Assembly: GCF_964355755.1 (NCBI RefSeq)
Contig: NC_092671.1
Coordinates: forward strand, 23,262,070 to 23,326,069
Length of the DNA: 64,000 bases
Direction: 5' to 3'
From: Antedon mediterranea
Taxonomy: Eukaryota; Animalia; Echinodermata
In this document: piece by piece, positions 49,089-61,606 of the stretch
Position numbering within the stretch: position 1 is the first letter of the stretch
How the letters are laid out: the number at the start of each line of letters is the position of its first letter
Translations under genes and position numbers: made by a program
The notes under the pieces: generated by a model
Seen by the model: the letters and a program-made list of their open reading frames with translations, nothing else
What the model was told of the DNA's origin: nothing
Databases searched by the model: none

Positions 49089-51841
49089 TTATTAGGTGAT
49101 CATTTAGAATAAAATGATCACCTATTTGTTATTGTATGAAATCTTTATTGGTTATCCGCAACGAAGTTGCAGGATAACCTCTTGTGATTGTACGAAATCA
49201 TCATCATCTTTTTTGTCATCTTCTTTCTTTCTGTATGATTTTTGTGTAACGCTTTTCTCTAAAACTTGCAAACATAACATTTTGTTAACTATGTTAACAT
49301 TTTGACATTTATGCAATGACGTCAAGCGAAGCTTTTCATGATGTTTACAATTGCGCAACGCGACGTTCGCGCGATTTAACGATTTTGTCGTATTTAACAT
49401 ATGTCGAAAACCAAATAACATTTTAAAGTGAAACTTTGCAAAAGTTTAATTTATATCATGCGCTAACTGTCTGTTGAAAAAAAATTACGTGTTTTACACA
49501 AAGTGACGCGCGCACGCGCATTTAAAATTTCAAAATGCGCAAAATTAATTTCTAATCAACGTCATCATGCCTAAAAATTGAAATTACGTGTGGCATTAAT
49601 TTCATCTTTACAGTAAATTTTAAACTGTTATAGCTCGCAATCGCAAGAATAAAATGTGATAATCACAATTAAAACATTTTCCGGAAGCTATTGGATTGTA
49701 GATACGAAATCATGTAAACATTTTGCCAATCGGATGTTGTGACGTCATCATATGGCCAGTTAAATGAGAAAAGTCGTATTTTCATCTTTTGCATTATAAT
49801 TCAATACATTTAAAAGAGCGCGCATCAATATTTCACGTATTCAAATTTCTTCTACACACTAATATGTTGTTGCTGAGAAAATATCCTTCCGAAATTGCTA
49901 TCTTTGTATTTCATTTTGATGCCATCGCCATGTTAAAATTTGGAATAAATTGCGGCTCCCTTAATTTCACCTAATCTACACTGTATGTAATATGTAAACA
50001 GATTTTACTGTTTATACCGACTGTAATGGAATAGCCCAAATCGTTTCTTTCCTACCTATTTCTATAATGTAGCAGGCCAAATAAGACGTTATTTTTACAG
50101 GATAGAGGGCGGCAAACAATGTTTTTCTCATATCAGAACCGTTCATCGTTGTTAGGAGATATGTGATTTCTATTACATTTTCTGGTTTGTTTGTCAGTTG
50201 CTCGTCCGGCCTGTAGGTCATAATGCCAACGTGAACACTTTCTTTTGGCCTCAACCTATCCCCTTAATGTTAAAAGGTACGTCGTTAAACGTCCATGTTT
50301 CACCACTTGCGCGGCGGATAACCAAACTCGTCAAAGTGACGAGTTTCATGTCTAGTCTTTTTATTGTTTCTGTACACTATTTTGTGTAACAATTATCTCA
50401 ATAAGTTTAATGTCAATGATTACCAAAATTTCAGAATATCTTTCAAATAATATAACTTAATCCTAATAAGCTTTCCAGCGTGATCACTCATCCGTGACGT
50501 CATTTATACGCCATTTTGCGAAATCACATTATCAATCATATCTCCATAATTCATTATCACATATTAATGAAATTCACTACACGTAAAAATATTAGCAAAT
50601 AAAAACACATGCGCACGTAGGGTCATGCGCGTAAAATCGCGCGTTAAAAATTTAAAACGCTCAAAATTAAGTTTTGATCAATTTAGAGCATGAATTAGGC
50701 CATTTGCGTGTTTCAAAAAATTACTGCGCAAAAAAAAATTTTGCACGCGCGATACTTAAAAAGCGTAAAAAATGTGAATTTTTTTTACAAATCTCATTCT
50801 ACTCACCATCCTTAGTACATTCACCAAATTTGAGTCAGTTCCGACTTAAAATAACGCTATACAAGCGCGTTAAAAATGACAAAATGAGCACATTAATTTT
50901 ACAAAAGTTCTGAAAATGGTGAAAAATAGGTCTTTTTTAAAATGAAAATAATTCTTTAGAATGCAAGATGACCCCCGATTTTTTTAACTTATTCTGGAAG
51001 CCATTGAGTTGTAGATATGAATTCATGTACACATTTTACGTACAAAATGTTTTGACGTCATTAAATGGCCACTTGAATTTAAAAATTAGGATTTGATATC
51101 TTTTTGTGTAGATTATCACATTCAACAGAGCGCATCTTGGTTATGTGTTCTCGAATTTTGCACAAATTTCAGTATGTGCTTGCTTAATTAATTATCTTTA
51201 TCATGCGTTGACACTATTTTCATTTTAATTTCGTCATCACGCGTAAAAACTTGAATAACGTAGGCCGTGTAATTTCACCTTCCCAGTAAATTTGAATATC
51301 TTACAGCTCTTCAGAATTGAAGGTTACCTTGAGGATTATAATTTATTATGAAAGCTGATGAAATGTAGATATTAATTCATATAAAAATTAAGCCTATCGG
51401 ATGTTGTGACGTTAACATATGGCCAGTTGAAGTGAAAAAGTAGTTTTTTCATATTTTTCGTCAAAGTTATACACATTTCAAAGAACGCGCACAGCGCTTA
51501 TACAGGCCAAATTTTTTTCCAAATCTTAAATTTGTTTGCTCAATTAATTATCTTTCGAAATTGTCATCTTATATTTTAGTTTGATAACGTCATCATGCCA
51601 AAAAATTAGAACATGTGTGTCCCGTAATTTCACCTATGCTACACATAGATATACAGTATATACTGTACATATTGTATGCCATATAGGAACAACTCAGCAC
51701 TATAAGCGTATAATAGGATGGCATACATCAACATTTTCCGATCGTATGTTAACGTACGTGCATGTTTAAAAAAAATTTATTTCAGTAAAATGATAAAAAT
51801 GATCACCTATAATTCGTCAAAGTGACGAATTAAATTCTAGT
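49089..51841 (+). mobile_element. Helentron family C (other copies 56520-57556 minus and ~59020-60210 plus)
   Basis: 5' palindrome TAGGTGATCATTT..AAATGATCACCTA, 3' subTIR AAATGATCACCTA, hairpin AATTCGTCA-AAG-TGACGAATT, CTAG|T. Confidence 0.75.
49146..50356 (+). mobile_element. Helentron family D nested in family C (related 3' piece ~20380-20862, 5' piece ~55776)
   Basis: 5' subTIR TTGGTTATCCGC with a GAA-loop palindrome, 3' subTIR GCGGATAACCAA, hairpin AAACTCGTCA-AAG-TGACGAGTTT, CTAGT. Confidence 0.8.
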
Positions 51842-54840
51842 TTTTATTATTATATTGTTAATGTTTCTCTACTGAACCACTTTGGAAATCAATGCTTTAG
51901 CACTCAAAGTGTCATTATGATTCAGTATAAAGACAGAATAAATAAATAATACACAAAAAACGATCAACAATGTTTTGGTTTATTAATGTAGTCAATCAGA
52001 TTCATATTACCATCATTTAATATTGACAAATTATTGTATTAATAAATCTGATATACTTTTAACTGTACTTGCTTGTTGTGATCAGCCTCCTTTCTATTCC
52101 TTGAATTATAGCCAAGGAATACCCGTCGTCCTAAAACCTTTACCGGACTATAACTGAACTGAACAGTTATCATTTCATTTTGTCATCGATGTGAAATAAA
52201 ATAAGTGTATGAATTTATGCCTAATCTATTGCCTAAATGCCTAAATGACTGAATAACACCAGCTGTATTCTAAAAAAGTGATACCACAAACGCCATTATA
52301 ATTAATACTCTATTTTATTTAACACCATGGTTTATTTTTTTGGTTTGTAACATTCCAAAGGTTATTATTGTGCACTCGGATCTGGAAAACCAAAATTTGC
52401 CAAAATATTTCCACTACATGATAAATCGTGATAGCAACAAATTTCCTTTTAATTTTGTGGTTAAACAGATGACACCCTAATATATATCACTGTTATGTTT
52501 ATTACATATATTAGCAGCGGAAAATTTCATTTTTAAATTTTGTTTAGCAATATTGCTAATCAAACTGATTTTTGAGTCGATTGTATCTTTTGCTACACAA
52601 TTTTAAAAATCTGTAGCAAAAAGGTTGTTTTGTATAGCTTTTTGCTATGCTACACTGGCAAAATTATTCCCTGTATTAGTATGAATATTTTTTATTTTGT
52701 TTTAATTTTTCTACTATGCAACTCCACATGTTAAAGCCGGCCGCCATTGTTCTTTCCATAGCAATGATTTTTACGAAGCGAAGCTGCCGATGGATTTCTG
52801 AAGGGTGCTCAATCATTATTTGATTATAAATAGTTATAAAAACAACAATTTTTTACAATTGCATGCTTACAGGATGTTGTAGACAACAACCCACTGTGGT
52901 GACGCAGGACTATGTAGGCCTAAACAGACGGCAACTAGTTTCAGTACAGTTCAAATTCAGTCAGTGAAAACTATTTGGTAGCATCGAAATATAATTGCCC
53001 TATAGAGCTTTAAATGGACTTGTTTGTACCTCAATATATTAACGATCTTTCACATTACACTTCATTTCATACATTGCATTCATCTAATCAACTTCTTCAT
53101 GTTCCTAAATAGAAACTTAAAGACTCATTCCCTACAGTTAATGATTTTATTATATCAAACATCCAAAGAGCCCCAAAAAAATGTCATGTTATGCCTTTAA
53201 AATAAATAGCAATAAAATCAATTACTGACATTTCAGTCCGGAATGTATTACTCGAGGATAGGGACGCTCTTGAATATCGCTACCAATACTTGAACAACGC
53301 TCGGTCAACACTTGTTCAAAACATGCAAGGAATGTCGAAAGTCCTCTGACCAGTACTGTAGTTTGAATTTGTATATTTCTTATATTATTATTTTCCGCTA
53401 AATTCATGATTTTAAATAAATTAATATTAACAAACAGGATTTTGGCGGGATGAAATTTTATCCGATCGTCCAGATACGATCCCCTTATTTCGGGAGGAAA
53501 ATTGATATTGGGTAATTACATTTTCATAGTTAACTTGTGCAACCATTATATAGGCCTATAATGTACCATTTGTATATTATTGGTAGAGCAGGTTAATTTA
53601 AGTTAACTTTACGGTTGTGAAATCACTTAATTTTTATCAGTTAAAACTAAAAATCGACAGTCGGGATGAATTATACGGGATTCCTAATAAATTCTGAGGC
53701 CTGTACTGAAATAAGTTAAGTACCCTGATGAAATCCCACTGGGATTTTATCATCACGAAGTTTTAATAAATAAGTTGTAATAAAATATCAATTCAATACA
53801 ATTATTATAAAAGAGTTAATGGCATGGTTGAGTTAGTACAGGAAAACCAAACTCAATTCGGCAAAAAATTAAACATAGAGGGCGTATTTCGTGAATATTT
53901 TGCGTTATTATAATATAGAGGGCGCTATATAAAATTTTAATTTAATGTCCCACGCATTGGCCACTAAAAAAGTTGGCAGGTATATAGAGGGCAATATCAG
54001 CGTCCCATACCTGTTCATGTGAGTGACACTATACATAGTTAGGCCTGTTACAACAAATATGGTCCAGGGTCAAAATCACTTTTGGCTCTAATAATAAGGT
54101 GGCCAAAACATAGTATAGGCCTAGTGTATAGTGGTGCTATGCTATCTGGCATAATTTTGACCCATCTGGCATCTAGCATTTATAATAGGCATAATTTTAG
54201 AAAATCTAGCTTAATTTGAAAAACGCAAATCCACAACGATTTAGCATATTATCTGGCATATTTTAGAAAAATAATAATTTAATTTTGATCGCTGGCCACA
54301 CTGTGCCAAAAGCAGTCCGCCACTTCCAAAATCGGTCCGGGTTTTCCTTCCGTCAATTTTAATTAAATTACTAGGCTAGGCCTAGCCTAGGCTAGGCTTA
54401 GGATTAGCATGCCCCGTTGCGACGATTGAATTGAAAAGTTTAATTTGATTTTAACTTGTTTTTGGAAAGAAAAATATATCTTCTAGGGCTGGGCTAGGCC
54501 TAGCTAGGCTTAGTAGCTAGGCCTAGGACCTAGGCCTACCCTACCATTTACCACTAGCCTAGCTAGGCCTCTAGGCTAGGCCTAGCTTAGGCCCTGGCCT
54601 AAAGTGTGATAATTACATTGGCTTGATATCATTTTATATCATATAACCAGGCCCCACCGCCACCGGACGAATATTAGCATGACCCTGAACAGCCGGCCTA
54701 GGCCTATAGATAGTCCTAGGCTAGATCGGTCCGCCTAAAAACGGGAAAAAATCCCCCCAAAAAAAGGGGAAAAAAACAAATAGGCCTAGCCTAGACTAGG
54801 CCTACTAGGCCCTAAATACCAGAAGAAACTGACTATTTAC

Positions 54841-54980
54841 CGGAAAAACAACAGATAGGCCCAGGCCTAGTAACGAAAAATGTGATTTTTGTGTCAAAAT
54901 CGATCGTCAAACGGCAGAAGTAAACGTCTCGGCCAAAATCAAGTCGGCCGGCCCACCACACCACGTCAGTGTTGCCAGCG
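54841..54980 (-). promoter_or_regulatory. Putative promoter and non-coding first exon of the minus-strand gene
   Basis: CpG-rich island with TGGCAACACTG on the minus strand at 54967-54977, a CCG|GTAAAT donor at 54841/54840, and a TAGGCCTA-rich tract immediately downstream. Confidence 0.4.
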
Positions 54981-56282
54981 ATAAAACTTTAATTATGCCG
55001 TAGCCTGTCTAAATAATGCCAGATTGGGAAAAATAATGCCAAATCCCCAAAATGTGGCCCGGAGGCCCTAATTAAAAAACGTCTGTAAAACCCCAACTGA
55101 CACAAAGTGGGCCAAAAATGTTATCCCGTGTCGTTACAAATTTATATTTTTAGTTTTGTGTGTAATAACTAATATTAATAATATAATTCCCAATATCTGA
55201 GGTGCGAAAATGGTAATTGCAAATGTCACCAAACACCACCACCACCACCACCACAGCCACGGAAAGTTTGAATTTTTAGTTGAAATATGTTTGGAAATAT
55301 CATACAAATATTAATGTCTTCAAGACCTCAGCCCAACCATGGTTGGAAAATTGGGGAAAATAGAGCTGCTCGATGGCCCATGGCACTTAATTTTAAATGA
55401 AATAATATTAATATATTTATTAGGTGCCTCCAGGATCTTAGCCCCACCATGTTCCGAAAATGGCACTTATAATTTAAAATAGGAAATAGTGTCTCCAGGA
55501 CCTCAGCCCCACCATAATACAATTTGGAAAAATAGAGCTGCTCGATGGCCGGAAAATAAGAGTTTCTAGGACCTCGGCCCACCATGGTCACTGCAGGGGC
55601 TGAGGTAAGAACATTTGGAACGAGGCCATACATGGCTGTCAATCGCGTGCTAAACTTAGTGTTTACCGACCAACCGACCGACATAGTGAGCTGTAGAGTC
55701 TAAAAATAGGGCTGCTACGATGCAAATGGAACTGAATTTGAAAAATGTGGAAAACAAATTCTCTAGGAGAAAATGATTTTGGTTATTCGCACTTCGCGGA
55801 TAAGGCCTTGTCAGGATCTTTTTCTTTCTTATCTTTTCTTATTCTTTCTTTCCACGAATTTTGTTGTGCGTGTATCTCCAAATCTTCTCAACATAGCATT
55901 GTATAGGCTAATATCAGAAGATTGAGGCCTGTATCTGAATATGTCATAAGGTTTCGGTGCTGTCCAAGTAGCACAGTAACATACGCATGATTATATAATT
56001 TTTTTAAATTTATCTTAAATTCAGAACAAAAAGACATTTGTTATTGAAACTTAAGAAAATGATAATTCATATCAAGGGTCAAATTTCTATGGAGTAAACA
56101 TTTTTAAATGCGAAAAATCAAATCAAAATGCTATAGTAACTATCGTTTGGATTCTCTCAGCTTTACTAGGTGGGGTTCGAATCTATGCATTTTTAAAAAT
56201 AAATATAAATTTGCTTTCTTTTATTTTGAAAGAGAGATATATAGGATAATAAATGTAAAAGATTAACAACATCAAAATCCAA

Positions 56283-56476
56283 CAGTGTGGCGTGTTGACC
56301 GCCGCGAATGACTAACAATTTAATGTCAGAAAAAAAGGAATTATAACTCTCTTCGTTACGTGTTTAGAAATTTACATCTCCTCGTTGGTATGTCGGCGTT
56401 GTTATGTAAATGAGTTTGTACAGGTGTAGTGGGAAAGATGGTATTGTTAGTCATTTGTGGTCAACACGCCACACTG
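56283..56476. mobile_element. Small MITE (partial second copy at ~57753-57835)
   Basis: TIR CAGTGTGGCGTGTTGACC..AATGACTAACAA; no clear TSD. Confidence 0.65.
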
Positions 56477-57556
56477 TTAAATTTAGATTTTTGTGCTAAA
56501 CATAACATTTACAACATAAACTAGAATTTAATTCGTCACTTTGACGAATTATAGGTGATCATTTTTATATTTTTATTGACATTAATATTTTTTAAACATG
56601 CACGTATGTTAACATACAATTAGAAATTGTTGATGTATGCGATCCTATTATACGCTTATAGTGTGCTGAGTTGTGCCTATGCCATATGCATTATGTACAG
56701 CATATACTGTATATCTATATACAGTGTAGCATTGGTGAAATTCCGGACACACATCATGTTCTTATTTTTTGGCATTAATGATATTATCAAAATAAACTTG
56801 TGAATAACAATATCGAAAGATAATGAATTGAGCAACAAAATATAATATTTGGAAGAAAATTTGGCATTTAGATGCGCAATGCGCGCTATTTGAAATTTTA
56901 TAAATTAGACGAAAGAGATGAAAAAACTACTTTTTAAATTCAACTGGCCATATCATAACGTCACAACATCCGAAAAGCTTAATTTTTATATGAATTTATA
57001 TCTACATCTCATCAGCTTTCATAATCAATTATAATCAACAAAGTCACCTTTAATTTTGAAAAGAGGTGAGATATTTAAATATACGCTGAAGGTAAAATTA
57101 CACAACCTACGTTATTCAAGTTTTTACGCGTGATAACGTCATCGAAATTAAAATAGTGGCAAGTCATGATAAAGATTATTAATTTAGCGAGCACATACTG
57201 AAATTTATTCATTCATTCATATTTTTTACCATTTACGACTAAAAAACTTTTGTGCAATTAATGTGCGCGTTTTGTCATTTTTAACCTGCTCGTATATGTT
57301 ATTTTAAGTCGGAATTGACTCAAATTCTGTAAATGTACTAAGAATTGTGAGTAGAATGTGATTTATACAACAAATTGTTTACGCTTTCTAAGATTCGCGT
57401 GCGCAAAAACGTCATTATCATTAATATGTGATAATGAATTATGGAGATATGATTGATAATGTGATTTCACAAAATGGCGTATAAATGACGTCACGGATGA
57501 GTGATTGCGCTGAAAAGCCTATTAGGACTAAGTTAAGGTATTAGAAAGACATTGTA

Positions 57557-57752
57557 AAACAAGGCCAACAGCCATAATATGTCGCGTGCTCTCAGAAAAA
57601 AATGAACTTTCAAAAAGTAATGTACATCAAAACAGTTCAAAAAGTACAGAAAAGCGATAAAACGCATAGTGATACCGGACCGAAAGACAGACCGACAGAC
57701 CGACAGACCGACCGACCGACATAGTGAACTATTGATTCCACGCGACTAAAAA
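57557..57752 (-). mobile_element. Short DINE-1-like Helentron (related piece at ~55330-55708)
   Basis: Starts TTTTTAGTCGCGTG, has a (GTCG/GTCT)n microsatellite and ends CTTGTT. Confidence 0.6.
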
Positions 57753-58186
57753 CAGTGTGGCGTGTTGACCGCAATGACTAACAACGCCATCTTCCCCACT
57801 ACACCTGCACTTGAACTTATTTGCATAATAACGCACGGCATACCAACTGTTCAATAATTGTCAATGCTTGTTCATGCTGCTATTGTTCATCATTTAATTC
57901 ATTGTATCAGTTGTTTTGATTTCTCAATATCAATTAATCACTTAATTCAGTATCATTTATTCATGCTCCTCAAACACAGTAAAATGTAGTACATGGTTTG
58001 AAATCCTTTTCGTTTGTTCAAAGTTAAAAATTCACAACAAATTGTGAACATTATTTATTACATATGTATTTAAATAAATAGAGAGAATACACTAGCCAGG
58101 CCAGGCATCGGCATATTTACACATTTATATTTATTTTTTTCTAATTTTCTGACATAACTTAGGTGTTCTTAAAATTGAGGGCGCCA

Positions 58187-58484
58187 AACATAACATTTAC
58201 GAGATCGGAAAGAGGCCGGTAGCCAAAAGAAAAATGATGGCGTGCTCCCTTGCCTCTAGCACGGTAAGGCTCTCTCACAGCCTTGGGGGTACCACACATC
58301 AGATGCTTTGATGTTATTGCCTCATGATGTGTGGTGGAAAGGGGGACGTTTAAATCTGTGAACCCCAAACACAGAAGCTCGCATAGCTTTAACTCTTTTC
58401 CACCGACCGGCACGCGGTCGGCACGGGGTTTGAACCCATGATAATCGTGTTCCACGACGCTCTACCGACTGAGCTATCCGGCCC
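58187..58484 (-). mobile_element. tRNA-derived SINE
   Basis: Head GGCCGGATAGCTCAGTCGGTAGAGCG (A box), GGTTCAAACC (B box), a ~230-bp body and an ATGTT tail. Confidence 0.8.
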
Positions 58485-60210
58485 TCTGGTTTATAGCAAG
58501 GTTAAAACTAGATTCGTTTCCTCAAAAGTACGTCATGAATATGCAAATTTATGACGTAACGATTAGAATGACGTAATAAATTAAGATCCATAAATTACAA
58601 CTCATATTCTTGTCAAACCATGGTGAAGTTTTTATAAAATGAAATATAATTATTGTTAATCGCAATAGAATGAATAATTTCCTGATAATCTAGTATTTTT
58701 CACGCTCTGCTGTCTAGCCCGCTACGCATGACTCATTTATAAGCTGAAAGCAAGCAGCAGTTATAGTACTATAGACTGACGTTTTTTCTAAAATGGATAC
58801 TCGATTATAATTTATAGGTCCCAGCTGCTGGATCCAAAATAGAGTCTATTAGGACACGTCATGCTAAAATTACAAATCCCAAAGCATTTCTGATAGTTAT
58901 GAGTCCCATTTGACCGATAAATGTAATACTGTAATTCAAACAACTTGTATTTCTATATGTACAAGTGTATTTCTGCATCATCTGCATACTTAACTATACT
59001 AACATTATTACTTTCAATTTTAAAGTTTCAATTTTAATGATTGCCTATTGCTATTGTATGAAATCTTTAATATTCTTCTTCTTCTTCTTCTTCTTCTTCT
59101 TTCTGTACACTATTTTGTGTAACAATTATCTCAAAAAGTTAAATATCAATGATCACAAAAATTTCACAATATCTTTCAAATACTGTAACTTAATCCTAAT
59201 AAGCTTTTCAGTGAGCACTCAACCGTGACATCATTTATACGCCATTTTGTGAATCACACATTATCAATCATATCTCCATAATTCATTATCACATATTAAT
59301 GAAATTCACTACACGTAAACTTCAGGTAAAGGGAAAAATATTAGCAAATAAAAACTTGCGCGTTTCAAGATCTTGCGCGTAATATTGCGCGTTACAAATT
59401 TAAAAAGCTCGAAATTAAGTTTTGATGAATTTAGAGCATGAATTAGGCAATTTACTGCACAAAAACACGTGTTTGCGCGCGCGGTACTTAAAATGCGTAA
59501 AAAATACGATTGTTTGTACAAATCGCATTCTACTCACCATCCTTAGTACATTCACCAAGTTTTTGTCCGTTCTGACTTAAAATAACACTATACGAGCAGG
59601 TTAAAAATGACAAAATGCGCACATTAATTGCATCAAAGTGCAGACAATGGTGAAAAATAAGGCGTTTTTAAAATGAAAATAATTCTTCAGAATGCACGAT
59701 TACCCCCAATTTAACTTTAATTTATACTGGAAGCCATTGAGTTGTAGACATGAATTCAATGTACACATTTCACGTACAAAATGTTGTGACGTCACCAAAT
59801 GGCCACTCCAATTTAAAAATTAGGTTTTTTTCTCTTTCGTCATAGATTATCACATTCAACAGAGCGCATCTCGGTTATTTTGTGCCCGATTTTCGCTCAA
59901 ATGTTAGTTTATGATTGCTCAATTAATTATCTTTCTCATAAGTTGTCAACATTTTTATTTTTATTATTTCATCACGCGTAAAATCTTGAATAACGTAGGT
60001 CGTGTAATTTCACCTACACTATATTTTTTAATATCTTGCAGCTCTTCAGAATTAAAGGTGACCTTGATGATTAAAATTTATTATGAAAGCTGATGAAATG
60101 TAGATATGAATTAATATAAACATTAAGCCTATCGGATGTTGTGACGTTATGAAATGGCCAGTTGAAGTTGAAAGGTAGTTTTTTTCTGTCTTTCGTCAAA
60201 TTTATACAAA

Positions 60211-60697
60211 CTAGATGGTACGCGAGCGAAGCGAGCGTACCATCTAGGTCGTGTCCACAGATGGTTTTCGAATAAACAGTAATTTCAGCGTAAAAAGTGT
60301 ACGTACCGCAAGACTATAGTACATTGTCGTTTACAGAAACGAATTAATAGACACGATGATTTATGTAAAATTAGAACCCTGGGAATTAGGCCTTGTCTTA
60401 AAAATGAGTCCAATTTTTTCTATTTGAACTCATTTAAACAAACCCAATTTGTGTTTTGTATATAACATTAGAGTTGAGGGATGGGGAAGAGGATGGGAAG
60501 AACAATTTTTAAATATATTCTCTATCCACTCAGTAACAAAATATTGTTTTAAATGTTTTAGAGGCCTATCAATAATATACCACTAAACACAGTAAAACAT
60601 TTACGATTTATAATACTTTTTAAAAACTGTCCCTGTTATAGTCGATTGAAATAGTAAAGTACATGTAACGATACACCACTACGACGTTTATATTTTT
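60211..60697 (-). mobile_element. Family B copy inserted into a family C Helentron
   Basis: Same 37-nt hairpin, then an inverted match to about 11130-11600. Confidence 0.75.
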
Positions 60698-60699
60698 TA

Positions 60700-61453
60700 T
60701 CTATATATAAAATTAATTATGTTTAATTCTGACATAGGCGAGCACAATGGAAAACCTTCGGTACAAATCTCTGCCTTGGATACCTACCTGATCTATCTCA
60801 GATGAACCGTGAAATGTAAATTTGATAACATTAGTTTTCACTATTACGATATTATGAAGAGTTTATTAACAAAATTTATGATTTCAACAGTAGATGTTCA
60901 ACTCAATTTCATTCTTCGCGGTCAAAGTAAGTTCCGGGTTCACGATGATTTCACCTTGTAACAACCTACTTTCAGCTATTTTCTCTCTTTTATACACAAG
61001 GGAGCAGTTAAAATAATAGATTTGACCCTAAAGGTGACTGGAAACAGGCACTTTCCATCAATCAATACAGTGTCCCTTTGGGAGACAGAAGAAAAAACCC
61101 GATAGTAGGACTGGAGCTTTTTTTTTTTTATTTTAGGAACGGACCGCGCGTGTGAAGGTACAGTAGTTAAAAATTAAACTGCAAATTAATAAAGATCAAA
61201 TTAAATATACGCCATAAAGAATCGGAATATATTGTGGGGAATAGTAGGCCTATTATAAAATTACATAGGGAGATTTGATAAGACATTTTGTTTAAAATCG
61301 AGTGAAATCCCGATAGCCGAGTTTTATTGAGTAAGCTGACAGGAATAACTGTAGGCTATCTGTGTCCTGTTAGGACCGATATGTCTGCCCATGTTGCAAG
61401 CCGTAAAGTCTTCTTTCTTGGGCCGAAGCGGCCCACTTTGTCACGGAAGTTAG
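60700..61453 (+). mobile_element. Possible canonical non-autonomous Helitron
   Basis: Starts A|TCTATATATAAAA; GGGCCG-AAG-CGGCCC hairpin at 61420-61434; degenerate TTAG|T end. Confidence 0.45.
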
Positions 61454-61606
61454 TTTCAAAAGATGTTAATAAATAATGTATTAATTATTAGGATGGTATT
61501 TATTTGAATAAACGCCTCTTCAATAAAACATCACTTTGAATAATAATTCCCCCCCCCCCCCACCAACCCAACTATCTAATAAACGTCCATCCACATTTTT
61601 AATAAC

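Noticed and set aside
52073-52130. Possible 5' UTR exon with a GC donor on the minus strand
   Set aside because: The acceptor is weak and the donor non-canonical; it cannot be supported without transcripts.
53874-53995. Three ATAGAGGGC motifs as CTCF sites
   Set aside because: Only half of the CTCF consensus is present, and the motif is common in repeats.
58410-58484. Functional tRNA gene
   Set aside because: The anticodon arm is truncated and the sequence continues into a SINE body.
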